Assembly (NCBI GenBank): GCA_965221125.1
Contig: CBDCRW010000006.1
Coordinates: forward strand, 128,001-192,000
DNA: 64,000 nucleotides
Reading direction: 5' to 3'
DNA from: Alphaproteobacteria bacterium
Lineage (GTDB): Bacteria; Pseudomonadota; Alphaproteobacteria; UBA828
Below, piece by piece: positions 20,758 to 31,605 of the stretch (within the stretch, counting starts at the first letter, position 1; each line of letters begins with the position of its first letter). The notes below the pieces were generated by a model, which worked only from the letters and a program-made list of their open reading frames with translations, searched no databases and was not told where the DNA came from. The position numbers and the translations under genes are program-made.

Positions 20758-21665
20758 GCCGGGCAGAGGAGGCCGTGCAGGGGCCGGTGCGGGGCGGCAT
20801 CATGACCGGGCGCCGGGCGGACCTCTACCGCGTGCTCAAGTACGCGGCGCTCATCGCCTGGGCGATCTTCGTGGTGGCACCCTTCCTCTGGGCGCTCTCG
20901 ACCTCGTTCAAGAGCGACCCCGGCGTGGTCGGCGGCGCGACCTACATCCCCTTCCTCGAATACGAGCCCACGGTGGACGGCTGGACCGCGCTGTTCCGCG
21001 ACACCAGCTCCGGCGGCATCAGCATGCAGGGGCCGTACCTGTCGAGCCTCGTGGTCAGCCTGATCTCGACCTCCATCGCCCTCTTCCTCGGCACGCTCGC
21101 GGCCTACGGGCTCTCGCGCTTCACCTTCCGCGCAGGCCCCTTGGGCAACAACGACATCACCTTCTTCTTCATCTCCCAGCGCATCATGCCGCCGGCGGTG
21201 CTCGCGATCCCCTACTTCCTGCTGCTCCGCTTCACCGGCCTGCTGGACACCCACCTCGGCCTCATCCTGGTCTACGTCGCGATGCTGCTCCCCATCGTCG
21301 TCTGGGTGATGGTGGATTTCTTCAACACCGTGCCCATCGAGCTGGACGAGGCGGCGCTGATCGACGGCTGCAACCCGATCCAGGCGTTCTACCGAATCAT
21401 CCTGCCCAACTGCGCGCCCGGCATGGTGGTGGCGACGCTGCTCTGCATCATCTTCTCGTGGAGCGACTTCTTCTTCGCGCTGACGCTCACCTTCGCCAAG
21501 GTGCAGCTCTTGCCGCCCACCATCGTGATCCTCAATTCCAACAAGGTGCCGTGGTGGAGTCTGAGCGCGTCCGCGCTCGTCTCGGTGCTGCCGCTCGTCA
21601 TCATCGCCTTCGTGCTGGAGCGCTACCTCGCGCGCGGTACGCTCGCCGGCGTGATCCGGGAGTAG
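20754..21665 (+). CDS. Carbohydrate ABC transporter permease
   Basis: ATGA overlap; AAYGLSRF; ELDEAALIDGC. Confidence 0.93.
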   Translation: MSRAEEAVQGPVRGGIMTGRRADLYRVLKYAALIAWAIFVVAPFLWALSTSFKSDPGVVGGATYIPFLEYEPTVDGWTALFRDTSSGGISMQGPYLSSLVVSLISTSIALFLGTLAAYGLSRFTFRAGPLGNNDITFFFISQRIMPPAVLAIPYFLLLRFTGLLDTHLGLILVYVAMLLPIVVWVMVDFFNTVPIELDEAALIDGCNPIQAFYRIILPNCAPGMVVATLLCIIFSWSDFFFALTLTFAKVQLLPPTIVILNSNKVPWWSLSASALVSVLPLVIIAFVLERYLARGTLAGVIRE

Positions 21666-21669
21666 CCCC

Positions 21670-22728
<1,059 letters not shown>

Positions 22729-22744
22729 CCACTGGAGGAAACCC

Positions 22745-23788
22745 ATGAAGGCAGCGACGCTCCACAGCTACGACGAAGCCCTCACCCAGCCCAAGTTCGT
22801 GACCTACGAGGACGTGGACGACCCCGAGATCACCAAGCCCACGGACGTGGTCGTCCGCATCGGCGGCGCCGGCGTCTGCCGCACCGACCTCCACATCATC
22901 GAGGGCGTGTGGAAGGGCCACGTGGATGTCGCCTTCCCCCACATCATGGGCCACGAGAACGCGGGCTGGGTGGAGGCGGTCGGCTCCGGCGTGGAAAGCG
23001 TCAAGGTCGGCGACCCGGTGATCTGCCACCCGCTGGTGACCAGCGGCCACTGCCTCGCCTGCCGGCGCGGCAACGACATGCACGCGGGCGAGAGCAGCTT
23101 TCCCGGCATCAACGCGCCGGGCGGCTACGCCGACTACCTGCTCACCGGGGAGCGCGCGCTCATCAAGCTGCCCCAGAGCCTCGCGCCCAAGGACGTAGCC
23201 CCCTACACCGATGCCGGGCTCACCGCCTACCGCGTCGCCAAGAAGGCCGCGGGCCACTTGGTGCCGGGCGAGTACGCCGTCGTCATCGGCGCGGGCGGGC
23301 TCGGCCACATCGGCATCCAATCCCTCGCGGCGCTGTGCGCGGCCGAGATCATCGTGCTCGACCACTCCGACCTCGCGCTCGGCCTCGCCAGGGAGTGCGG
23401 CGCCCACCACGTGGTGAGGGCCGGCGACGGCGCGCTCGACGAGGTGATGTCGCTCACCGGCGGCCACGGCGCCGAGGCGGTGATCGACTTCGTCGGCGAG
23501 GGCGACGCCATCGACAAGGGCCTCGCCATGACCCGCAACGACGGCTTCTACTACATCGTGGGCTACGGCGGCCGCGTCCAGATCCCGGCGATCGACATGA
23601 TCGTCTCGGAGAAGACCATCGTCGGCAATCTGGTAGGCACTTACGCCGAGCTGGTGGAGCTGATGGCGCTCGCCGACCGGGGGCTGGTGACGCTGGCCAC
23701 CCGCGAGTACACGCTGGCCGAGGCCAACCGGGCGCTGCACGACCTCCACGCCGGCACGGTCAAGGGCCGCGCGGTGCTGATCCCGTAG
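22745..23788 (+). CDS. Zn-dependent NAD(P) alcohol dehydrogenase (MDR family)
   Basis: GVCRTDLH, GHENAG, GAGGLG, GRAVLIP. Confidence 0.93.
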   Translation: MKAATLHSYDEALTQPKFVTYEDVDDPEITKPTDVVVRIGGAGVCRTDLHIIEGVWKGHVDVAFPHIMGHENAGWVEAVGSGVESVKVGDPVICHPLVTSGHCLACRRGNDMHAGESSFPGINAPGGYADYLLTGERALIKLPQSLAPKDVAPYTDAGLTAYRVAKKAAGHLVPGEYAVVIGAGGLGHIGIQSLAALCAAEIIVLDHSDLALGLARECGAHHVVRAGDGALDEVMSLTGGHGAEAVIDFVGEGDAIDKGLAMTRNDGFYYIVGYGGRVQIPAIDMIVSEKTIVGNLVGTYAELVELMALADRGLVTLATREYTLAEANRALHDLHAGTVKGRAVLIP

Positions 23789-23810
23789 CGGCGCCGGGGC
23801 GGATCGAGCC

Positions 23811-24221
23811 ATGTCCGACGAAGACGCGGTGCTCGCCGCGAACGAGGCGTTCTACCGCGCCTTCGCGGCGCGCGATTTCGCGGCGATGGATGCGCTCTGG
23901 GCCGCCGAGGCGCCGGTGGCCTGCATCCATCCGGGCTGGGACGCGCTGGTCGGCCGCGAAGCGGTGATGGAGAGCTGGGCCGCCATCCTCGGCGGCCCCG
24001 GCGCACCGCAGATCCGCTGCGAGGCGCCCCGCGCCTTCGTGCTGGGGCCCGGCGCCTTCGTCATCTGCCGCGAGGTGCTGGAGGCGGGCCGGCTGATCGC
24101 CACCAACGTCTTCGCCCAGGAGCAGGGCGGCTGGCGCATGGTCCACCACCAGGCCGGCCCCGCCAGCCAGGCCCGGCCATCGCCGCCCGCTGCTGAGCGC
24201 CCGCCCGGCCCGCTGCACTGA
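23811..24221 (+). CDS. SnoaL/NTF2-like protein
   Basis: ANEAFYRAF, CIHPGW, ATNVF, WRMVHHQA. Confidence 0.88.
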   Translation: MSDEDAVLAANEAFYRAFAARDFAAMDALWAAEAPVACIHPGWDALVGREAVMESWAAILGGPGAPQIRCEAPRAFVLGPGAFVICREVLEAGRLIATNVFAQEQGGWRMVHHQAGPASQARPSPPAAERPPGPLH

Positions 24222-24265
24222 CCGCCGGCGTTCTGCCCGGCCCACCTCTGGTGTATCGTGCGGCC

Positions 24266-25582
24266 ATGACCCTGAACACGCCGAGCCCCACCTTCCCCGC
24301 CATCGCGCTGCCGCAGTTCGAGAACGAGGCGCTGCCGCCGGTCATGCCGGTGGCGCTGCGCCACCCGGACGCACCCGCGCTCCCCGACGTCGCCGCCGCC
24401 ACCCAGGGCGCCCTCGACGCCTCGCGCCGGCTCACCGCGCTCCCGCCGGGCGCGCGCGTCGCGATCACCTGCGGCAGCCGCGGCATCCGCAGCAAGCCGG
24501 ACGTGGTCAGGGCGGCGGTCGCCTGGCTCAAGGGGCGCGGGCTCGTCCCCTACATCGTGCCGGCGATGGGCAGCCACGGCGGCGCCGTCGCGTCCGGCCA
24601 GGTGTCGCTGCTGGCCGAGCTCGGCTTCACCGAAGAGGCCATGGGGTGCCCCATCGAGGCCGGCATGGAGGTCGTGCGCCTGAGCGAGACCCGCGCCGGC
24701 ATCCCGGTCCACTTCGACCGCCGCGCCTTCGCGGCCGACGCGGTCCTCGTGGTGGCCCGCGTCAAGTCCCACACCTCCTTCGACCGCGAGGTGGAGAGCG
24801 GGCTCACCAAGATGGTCGCCATCGGCCTCGGCAAGGCGGAGGGCGCGCGCTTCGTCCACCGCCTCGGCGTGCGCGGCTACATGGAGGTGCTGCCCGAGTG
24901 GGCGGCCATCGCCATCCGCGAGGCTCCGGTCGCCTACGGCCTCGCCATCGTCGAGAACGCCCGGCGCGAGGCGGCGGTTATCGAGGGCGCGGAACCGCAG
25001 GACTTCTACGAGACCGACGCCCGCCTGCTGAAGACCGCCAAGGGCTCTATCCCGAAGCTCCCGTTCGAGCAGATCGACGTGCTCGCGGTGGAGCGGCTCG
25101 GCAAGAACATCTCCGGCACCGGCATGGACCCGGCGGTCACGGCGCGCTTCGACATCCGCGGGCGCCCCAACCCGCCGGCGCCGGAGATCGGCAAGCTGGT
25201 GGTCCTCGGGCTCACGCCGGAGACGCATGGCAACGGCCTCGGCGTCGGCAACGCCGACTACACCACCAAGCAGGTTGCCGACAGCCTCGACCTCTACGCC
25301 ATGTACATGAACGCGTGCACGGCGACGTTCACCGAGCGCGTGCGCATCCCCGCGGTCCTCGCTAGCGACAAGGCGGCGCTGCAGGCCGCCGTCGGCACCT
25401 CGTGGCGGCTCGACGGCGCGGACGCCAGGCTCTGCCTGATCCGCTCCACCCTGCACCTGGAGACCGTCCTGGTTTCGCCGCCCTTGGCCGCCGAGCTGAA
25501 CGGCGCAGGCGAGGTCCTCGGCGAGGCCGAGCCGCTGCGCTTCGACGACAACGGCCACCTCCTCACCCGCTGCCCGGTGTAG
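24266..25582 (+). CDS. Lactate racemase (LarA)-like domain protein
   Basis: GSRGI, PAMGSHGGA, RVKSHTSF, ESGLTKM, GKNISGTGMD, HGNGLGVG. Confidence 0.8.
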   Translation: MTLNTPSPTFPAIALPQFENEALPPVMPVALRHPDAPALPDVAAATQGALDASRRLTALPPGARVAITCGSRGIRSKPDVVRAAVAWLKGRGLVPYIVPAMGSHGGAVASGQVSLLAELGFTEEAMGCPIEAGMEVVRLSETRAGIPVHFDRRAFAADAVLVVARVKSHTSFDREVESGLTKMVAIGLGKAEGARFVHRLGVRGYMEVLPEWAAIAIREAPVAYGLAIVENARREAAVIEGAEPQDFYETDARLLKTAKGSIPKLPFEQIDVLAVERLGKNISGTGMDPAVTARFDIRGRPNPPAPEIGKLVVLGLTPETHGNGLGVGNADYTTKQVADSLDLYAMYMNACTATFTERVRIPAVLASDKAALQAAVGTSWRLDGADARLCLIRSTLHLETVLVSPPLAAELNGAGEVLGEAEPLRFDDNGHLLTRCPV

Positions 25583-25617
25583 GCGGAGCGGCGCGGCAAA
25601 CGCGACCCAAGAAAAAA

Positions 25618-25732
25618 CCCACCTCCCCCTGTCCCCCTCCCCCCGGAGGGCGGAGGGGGGACGCTGTCGCCGATGGAGGAGTCCCCCTCTCCTCCTCCCG
25701 GGGGAGGAGAGGGTCGGGGTGAGGTGGGGGCG
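25618..25732. repeat. Intergenic composite palindromic (REP-like) element, full copy
   Basis: Outer IR CCCACCTC...GAGGTGGG enclosing two CCCTC..GAGGG stem-loops; right half similar to 13504-13590. Confidence 0.75.
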
Positions 25733-25800
25733 CACGCAGGGACTCGTCGACACCGGGCCGCTATACTCCCTCCGTCGGCAACCAGGGGGGACGCTGCGCG

Positions 25801-27069
25801 ATGCGGAAGCGGGGCATCACGCTCGACGAGAGCATTCTCGAAGCGATCAGGGAGACGCGGCGGGACTTGAGCCAGGCGCGGCACCTGCCGGGCTTCCTCT
25901 ACACCGCGCCCGAGATCTTCGACTACGAGGTCGGCGCCATCTTCATGAAGGAGTGGCTCTGCGTCGGCCGCGTCGAAGAGTTCGAGAACGAGGGCGACTA
26001 CCGCGCCATGCGGATCGCGGGCGAGCCCCTGCTGGTCTGCCGCGACGCGAGCGGCCAACTCAACGCCTTCAACAACGTCTGCCAGCACCGGGGCGTCGAG
26101 GTCGCGACCGGCGAAGGCAATCGCAAGAGCTTCCGCTGCCCCTACCATTCCTGGGTCTACGACCTGGAGGGCAAGCTGCTCGGCGCGCCGCACACGAAGG
26201 AGGTCAAAGGCTTCGACTTCGCCGCTTGCGCGCTGCCGCGGGTCAACCTCGACACCTGGGGCGGCTACATCTTCGTCAACTTCGATCCCGACTGCCCGAG
26301 CCTCGCCGACTACCTGGACGAGGACGGGATCAGGCAGTTCGCCGCCTTCCTGCAGCCGGAGAACACGCGGACCTCGGATACTTACGACTTCGAGGTGCCG
26401 TGCAACTGGAAGTTCATCCCCGAGAACCTGATGGACATGTACCACGTGGGCGTGATTCACAAGGACTCCTTCGGCGGGCACTTCCCGGTCAACGACTTCC
26501 GCTTCAACCTCGAGCGCAACGGATACAACGCCGCCTACGAGAGCTTCACCATGGCGCCGAAGGGGGTCACGCTGTTCGACACCATGCCCTGGCTCCGGGG
26601 CAAGGTGACGGACAGGTTCGCGTGCACCACCTGGGTCCGGCCCACCATGAACATCTTCGGGCGGCACGACCTCATCCAGCCCTGGGTGGCGCTCCCCGTC
26701 GACCACGCGACGACGCGGATCGTCATCTACACCCAGTTGCCGGCCGCCTACTTCGACGAGCCCGGCTTCGAGGAGAAGAACCGGATCTACGCCGACTTCA
26801 TCCGGCTGGTGGCGAACGAGGACCGGGCGATGCTGGAATCGCTGCAGAACGGGGTCGGCTCGCGCGCCTTCCGGCCGGGGCCGACGGTGAAGCTGGAGCG
26901 CGCCATCCACCACCTTCTCAACTATTATCTCGACAGGCTGTTGAGCGACGACGACGAGGCCCGCGCCAGGCGCCGCCAGGACGGCGAGGACGCGCTGCGC
27001 GAGAGCGCCTCGCGCAACGGGGAGCCGCGCGACGGCGGCTACACGGCGCTGGTGAGCGCCGCCGAATAG
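25801..27069 (+). CDS. Rieske non-heme iron oxygenase alpha subunit
   Basis: CQHRG...CPYHSW Rieske motif; NWK...ENLMDMYHVGVIH and NED mononuclear iron ligands. Confidence 0.93.
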   Translation: MRKRGITLDESILEAIRETRRDLSQARHLPGFLYTAPEIFDYEVGAIFMKEWLCVGRVEEFENEGDYRAMRIAGEPLLVCRDASGQLNAFNNVCQHRGVEVATGEGNRKSFRCPYHSWVYDLEGKLLGAPHTKEVKGFDFAACALPRVNLDTWGGYIFVNFDPDCPSLADYLDEDGIRQFAAFLQPENTRTSDTYDFEVPCNWKFIPENLMDMYHVGVIHKDSFGGHFPVNDFRFNLERNGYNAAYESFTMAPKGVTLFDTMPWLRGKVTDRFACTTWVRPTMNIFGRHDLIQPWVALPVDHATTRIVIYTQLPAAYFDEPGFEEKNRIYADFIRLVANEDRAMLESLQNGVGSRAFRPGPTVKLERAIHHLLNYYLDRLLSDDDEARARRRQDGEDALRESASRNGEPRDGGYTALVSAAE

Positions 27070-27092
27070 GCGCTGGCGAGCGCCGCCGAATA
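27045..27092 (+). repeat. 24-bp tandem duplication of the Rieske gene 3' end
   Basis: GGCGCTGG(T/C)GAGCGCCGCCGAATA twice, one mismatch. Confidence 0.9.
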
Positions 27093-27104
27093 GGAGCCGG
27101 ACTC

Positions 27105-28145
27105 ATGGGCACACGGCAGGATCAGGCACGACTGACGGAACTGTTCAGGCGCAACCTGGAGCTTTGCGAGGTGGGACCGGGGGAGACGGTCGCCGTCCTC
27201 TCGGAAGGCGACCAGCTCGACCACTACCGCAAGGCCTCGCTCGCCGCCGCGCGCGACCTCGGCGCCGACGTGGCGGACGTCCACCTCGCCGCCGACGGCG
27301 CGGAGGACCCGGCGGTGAGGATCGCCAACATCGGCCAGAACGCGCTCGGCAAGCACCCGGAGGCGATGCAGACCTGCCTCGACGCCGACATGGTCGTCGA
27401 CCACATGCTCCTGCTCTTCTCCCACGAGCAGATCGCGATGCAGGAGGCAGGCAGCCGCATCCTGCTCGTCGTCGAGCCGCAAGAAATCCTGGAGCGCCTG
27501 TTCCCCACCGCCGAGATGCGGGCCCGCGTCGAGGCCGGGGAGAAGCGCCTCAGGGCGGCGGAGCGGCTCCGCTTCACCAACGACGCCGGCACCGACGTCA
27601 CGTATGCGCTCGGCGACAAGTTCATCCTGACGGAATACGGCTTCACCACGGAAGCGGGCCGCTGGGACCACTGGCCGGGCGGCTTCCTCGCGACGCTCGC
27701 GGCCGAGCGCGGCGTGAACGGCCGCGTGGTGATGGAGGCCGACGACATCGTCTTTCCGCTCCGCGAGTTCACCGGCGAGCGCATCGCCTTCGACATCAGC
27801 GACGGCATGGTGACGCAGATCTCGGGCGGCGACCGCGCCCGGCACCTGCAGGGCTTCATCGAGGGCTACGACGACCCCCGCGCCTACGCGGTCTCGCACA
27901 TCGGCTGGGGGCTCAACCACCACTGCATCTGGCGGCCCGACCTGCCGGGCATCGGCATGGACGGCCGCGCGCACTACGGCAACGTGCTGTTCTCCCTCGG
28001 CCCCGACACCGAGTTCGGCGGCGAGAACGATACCCCCTGCCACCTCGACCTGCCGATGCGGGGCTGCTCGCTCTGGCTCGACGATGAGCTGATCGTGGAG
28101 AACGGCGCGGTCGTGCCCGACGACATGCGCGCCCCCGCTCACTAG
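27105..28145 (+). CDS. NicX-like (2,5-dihydroxypyridine 5,6-dioxygenase / M29 fold) protein
   Basis: AGTD, EYG, GRWDHWP, SHIGWGLN, FSLGP, CHLDLPMR (His...HxD metal triad); RBS AGGAG. Confidence 0.8.
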   Translation: MGTRQDQARLTELFRRNLELCEVGPGETVAVLSEGDQLDHYRKASLAAARDLGADVADVHLAADGAEDPAVRIANIGQNALGKHPEAMQTCLDADMVVDHMLLLFSHEQIAMQEAGSRILLVVEPQEILERLFPTAEMRARVEAGEKRLRAAERLRFTNDAGTDVTYALGDKFILTEYGFTTEAGRWDHWPGGFLATLAAERGVNGRVVMEADDIVFPLREFTGERIAFDISDGMVTQISGGDRARHLQGFIEGYDDPRAYAVSHIGWGLNHHCIWRPDLPGIGMDGRAHYGNVLFSLGPDTEFGGENDTPCHLDLPMRGCSLWLDDELIVENGAVVPDDMRAPAH

Positions 28146-29137
28146 GCGAAGGGGAGAAGCACCGTCGAGCCGGTGGTGCGCCGCTCCTCGATGGCGCGGT
28201 GCACCTGGGCGGCCTCGCGCAAGGGATAGCGGTTGCGCACGGTGACCGTCACCGCGCCTGACGCGACGGCCTCGAACAATTCTTGCGCCGACGCCAGCAG
28301 GTCTGCGCGCTCCTCGACGTAGTGCATCAGCGCCGGGCGGGTGACGAAGAGCGAGCCGCGCGCGCCCAGCTCCACCACGTCCACCGGGTCCGGCGCGCCC
28401 GACGCATGGCCGTAGCAGGCCAGGATGCCGAGCGGGCGCAGGCAGTCGAGCGAGCGGGTGAAGGTGTCCTTGCCGATGCTCTCGTAGACCACCGGGCAGC
28501 CCTTGCCGTCGGTCACCTCCATCACCAGCGGCACGAAGTCCTCGCGCGAGTAGACGGCGACGTGGTCGGCGCCGTGGGCCTTCGCGAGTTCCGCCTTCTC
28601 GTCGGTCGACACCGTGCCGATCACGGTGGCACCCAAGTGCCTGGCCCACTGGCAGAGGATCAGCCCCATGCCGCCGGCCGCCGCATGGACCAGCACCGGA
28701 TCGCCCGGCTCGACCCGGTAGGTCCGGCGCAGCAGGTACTGGGCGGTGAGCCCCTTGAGCGTGATGCCGGCTGCGTCCTCTTCCGTGATGCCGTCCGGCA
28801 GCGTGACCAGCCGCTTCGCCGGCATGACGCGGCGCTGCGCGTAGGCGCCGTGCGGCGGGCTCGCGTAGGTGACGCGGTCGCCGACCGCGCATTCCGTGAC
28901 GCCTTCACCGACCGCCTCGACCGTGCCCGCGCCCTCGATGCCGACGACGAAGGGCAGCGGCGGCACCGGCCACGGATGCGGCATGCCGCGCCGGTTGTAG
29001 GTGTCGATGTAGTTCACCCCGACGGCGCCGTGCCGGATCAGCGCTTCGCCCGGCCCCGGCTCGCCGACCGGCCAGTCTTCCCAGCGGAAGACGTCGGGCG
29101 TGCCCTTCTCGTGGATGACGGCGGCCTTGTTGCTCAT
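28142..29137 (-). CDS. qor: NADPH:quinone oxidoreductase (Qor, MDR family)
   Basis: GVNYIDTY, GIEGAG, HAAAGGMG, GSLFVTRP, TTGSTVL. Confidence 0.9.
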   Translation of the reverse strand: MSNKAAVIHEKGTPDVFRWEDWPVGEPGPGEALIRHGAVGVNYIDTYNRRGMPHPWPVPPLPFVVGIEGAGTVEAVGEGVTECAVGDRVTYASPPHGAYAQRRVMPAKRLVTLPDGITEEDAAGITLKGLTAQYLLRRTYRVEPGDPVLVHAAAGGMGLILCQWARHLGATVIGTVSTDEKAELAKAHGADHVAVYSREDFVPLVMEVTDGKGCPVVYESIGKDTFTRSLDCLRPLGILACYGHASGAPDPVDVVELGARGSLFVTRPALMHYVEERADLLASAQELFEAVASGAVTVTVRNRYPLREAAQVHRAIEERRTTGSTVLLPFA

Positions 29138-29412
29138 GGTTTCTCCCGGTGCGCGCTGCGGCGTGACGCCGAACTCCCGGCCTTCCTTACCACGTTGCCG
29201 CGAACGACAGGAGACAGGCGCGCCGCCGGACGGTGACCCCTCCTCCATTGCGTTCAAGTATTTCTTACACCGATAGCAGAGCGGGTATAGGATTGAGCCA
29301 ACGACGTGCCGGCTGCGGCGGGGGGCCGGTCCCTGCGCTGCGAGGCGGGACCGCCCCGCCGCACGGAGCCGGTCGTAACGAATGTCGATGTCACCGAGAG
29401 AGGGAGAAGGAG

Positions 29413-30624
29413 ATGTTGGATAGCAAGCTAGTCAGGCTCGGCGCCGTCGCGGCGCTTGCCGTGGCCGGGAGCTTCGGCGCCCATACCGAGGCGTTCTCCG
29501 CGGAGAAGACCGTGCAGATCGCGGGCTTCGGCGCCAAGTCCGGCGTCGTCCGCTCGTTCGGCATCAACACGGAGGCGGTGTTGAGCGGCGCGATCGAAGC
29601 AGTGAATGCAGGAGGCGGCGTGAAGCTCGGCGACGGCTCCATGGCGATGCTGGAGCTCTCGTTCTACGACGACCGCTGCAACGCCGAGGAAGGCATTTCG
29701 GTGCTGCGGCGCATCGCCGGCAGCGATGCGGTCGTCGCCATCGGCCCGACCTGCTCGAACGTGGCCGAGCCGCTCTTCGGCATCCTGCAGAAGAACGTCG
29801 GCGACGAGGGCGATTCCGGGCTGCAGATCCCGGTCTTCACCGACACCGCCATCAAGGGCGGGCTGGCGAAGATCTCGCAGTGGGCGTTCCGCAACGTCCC
29901 CAACGAGAACGAGATGTACCGGGCGCTGTTCGCGTGGATCAGCACCGAGCACCCGGACCTCAAGACCGTCTACGGCGGCGTCGAGGAGGATTTCGCGCAC
30001 TCCCGCTTCACCTGGCACAAGGTGATGAAGGAGCGCTCGCCCGAGGCCGGCTACGAGGTTCTCGGCGAGTCCAAGTGGCTGCTCAACGACACCAACTTCA
30101 CCACGCAAGTGCGCCAGATGAAGAAGGCGAAGGCCGACATCGTCGCGATCTCGGCCCATCCCTTCACCACCTGCGGCGTGCTGAAGGAGATGAAGCGCCA
30201 GCGCGTGAAGCCGAAGCTGATCGTCGGCCTCACCAGCTCGTCGAGCATGGAGACGCTGCAGGGCTGCGCCGAGCAGGCCGAGGGCATCATCATCCCGACC
30301 AGCTTCGCGCCTGTCACCGAGGCCGCCAAGGCGGCAGCCGACGCGGCGGCGAAGCACGAAGGCAGCGCCGACCTGCACAGCGCCGCCGCCTGGGAGATCG
30401 TGATGATCCTCAAGGAGGTCATGGAAGCGCAGGGCATCTCGGCGGACGGCGATTCGGTGGATGCCGACCGGCGGAAGATCCGTGACGGCCTGGCGAACCT
30501 GAAGGAGACCGACGGGCTCCTCGGCAAGATCCAGCGCACGGACGAGGGCGAGGCGGTCAAGCCCTACCTCTACGTGCACGCCCAAGCCGGCGAGTGGGCC
30601 ATCCTCCACGACCCCTCGCAGTAA
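29413..30624 (+). CDS. LIV-type (HAAT) ABC transporter substrate-binding protein
   Basis: Signal peptide; NAGGGV, YDDRC, IGPTCS, WAFRN; RBS AAGGAG. Confidence 0.9.
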   Translation: MLDSKLVRLGAVAALAVAGSFGAHTEAFSAEKTVQIAGFGAKSGVVRSFGINTEAVLSGAIEAVNAGGGVKLGDGSMAMLELSFYDDRCNAEEGISVLRRIAGSDAVVAIGPTCSNVAEPLFGILQKNVGDEGDSGLQIPVFTDTAIKGGLAKISQWAFRNVPNENEMYRALFAWISTEHPDLKTVYGGVEEDFAHSRFTWHKVMKERSPEAGYEVLGESKWLLNDTNFTTQVRQMKKAKADIVAISAHPFTTCGVLKEMKRQRVKPKLIVGLTSSSSMETLQGCAEQAEGIIIPTSFAPVTEAAKAAADAAAKHEGSADLHSAAAWEIVMILKEVMEAQGISADGDSVDADRRKIRDGLANLKETDGLLGKIQRTDEGEAVKPYLYVHAQAGEWAILHDPSQ

Positions 30625-30631
30625 CCCTTAT

Positions 30632-30672
30632 CGGGCGGGTGCGCGCCGCAGCCATCGGCGCACGCCCGCCCG
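30632..30672 (+). terminator. Stem-loop after the LIV SBP gene
   Basis: CGGGCGGGTGCGCGCCG ... CGGCGCACGCCCGCCCG near-perfect stem. Confidence 0.55.
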
Positions 30673-30708
30673 CATTTCGCCGACGCCTCTTCAGCGGGGG
30701 ATGATCGG

Positions 30709-31590
30709 GTGGACTGGCTCGACTTCTTTCAGTCGATCACGGACGGCTTGCTGTTCGGCTCCATCTACGCGCTCATTGGCATCGGTTTCACCCTCATCTT
30801 CGGGGTGATGCACAAGATCAACCTGGCCTACGGCGCGGCCTCCATCGCCGGCGCCTACGCCAGCATCGCCGTGGCGGCCTACGTGCCGCTGCCGGCGCTC
30901 GTCACCTTCCTCATCGCCGCCATCGCCTCCGGCGGCATCGCGTTCCTCATCTACCTCGCCAACTTCCGCTTCATTCCGCTGGCGAGCCCGCTGGCGACGC
31001 TGATGGCGACCGTCGGCATGCTGATCCTGATCGACGAGATCGTGGTCCACGCGACCGACGGCATGCCCCAGCCCTACCCGGCGCTGTTCGCGGATATCTA
31101 CATCGAGTGGGGCGATTTCGGCCTGCGCGGTGACTTGGTCTTCATCTTCGTGCTTTCGCTGATCGCCATGGTCGTGCTCATGTTCATGCTCTACCGCACG
31201 CGGCTTGGCGTAGCCACGCGCGCGGTGGCGCAGCAGCCTGTCGCGGCCCAGCTCGCCGGCATCAGCCTGGACCGCACGAACGCGCTCACCTTCGTCATCA
31301 CCGGCCTGCTCGGCGGGCTCGCCGGCGCCATGATCGGCGCCTCGGTCGGCGTGCTCTCGCCGCTGCTCGTCGTGCCGATCACGGTCAAGGGCCTGATCGT
31401 CTGCGTCATCGGCGGCCTCGGCAGCATCCCGGGCGCGATCGTGGCCGGCCTCGCCGTCGGCGCCTTCGAGAACTTCTTCCTGGCCTTCCGGGGCGTCACG
31501 GAGCGCGACATGTACGTCATGCTGCTGCTCTTCGTCTTCCTGGTGTTCCGGCCGGGCGGCATCTTCTCGCGCTCGGTGGCGCGCGACTGA
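30709..31590 (+). CDS. livH: LivH-type permease, copy 1
   Basis: GSIYALIGIGFTLIFGV, RTRLG.ATRAVA, IGGLGSIPGA, RPGG. Confidence 0.9.
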   Translation: MDWLDFFQSITDGLLFGSIYALIGIGFTLIFGVMHKINLAYGAASIAGAYASIAVAAYVPLPALVTFLIAAIASGGIAFLIYLANFRFIPLASPLATLMATVGMLILIDEIVVHATDGMPQPYPALFADIYIEWGDFGLRGDLVFIFVLSLIAMVVLMFMLYRTRLGVATRAVAQQPVAAQLAGISLDRTNALTFVITGLLGGLAGAMIGASVGVLSPLLVVPITVKGLIVCVIGGLGSIPGAIVAGLAVGAFENFFLAFRGVTERDMYVMLLLFVFLVFRPGGIFSRSVARD

Positions 31591-31605
31591 GCGGGGGAGA
31601 AGGCG

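Noticed and set aside
25719-28145. 808-aa ORF suggesting a fusion or frameshift
   Set aside because: The first half is an alternative frame over the intact Rieske gene; the NicX-like gene has its own RBS and ATG at 27105.
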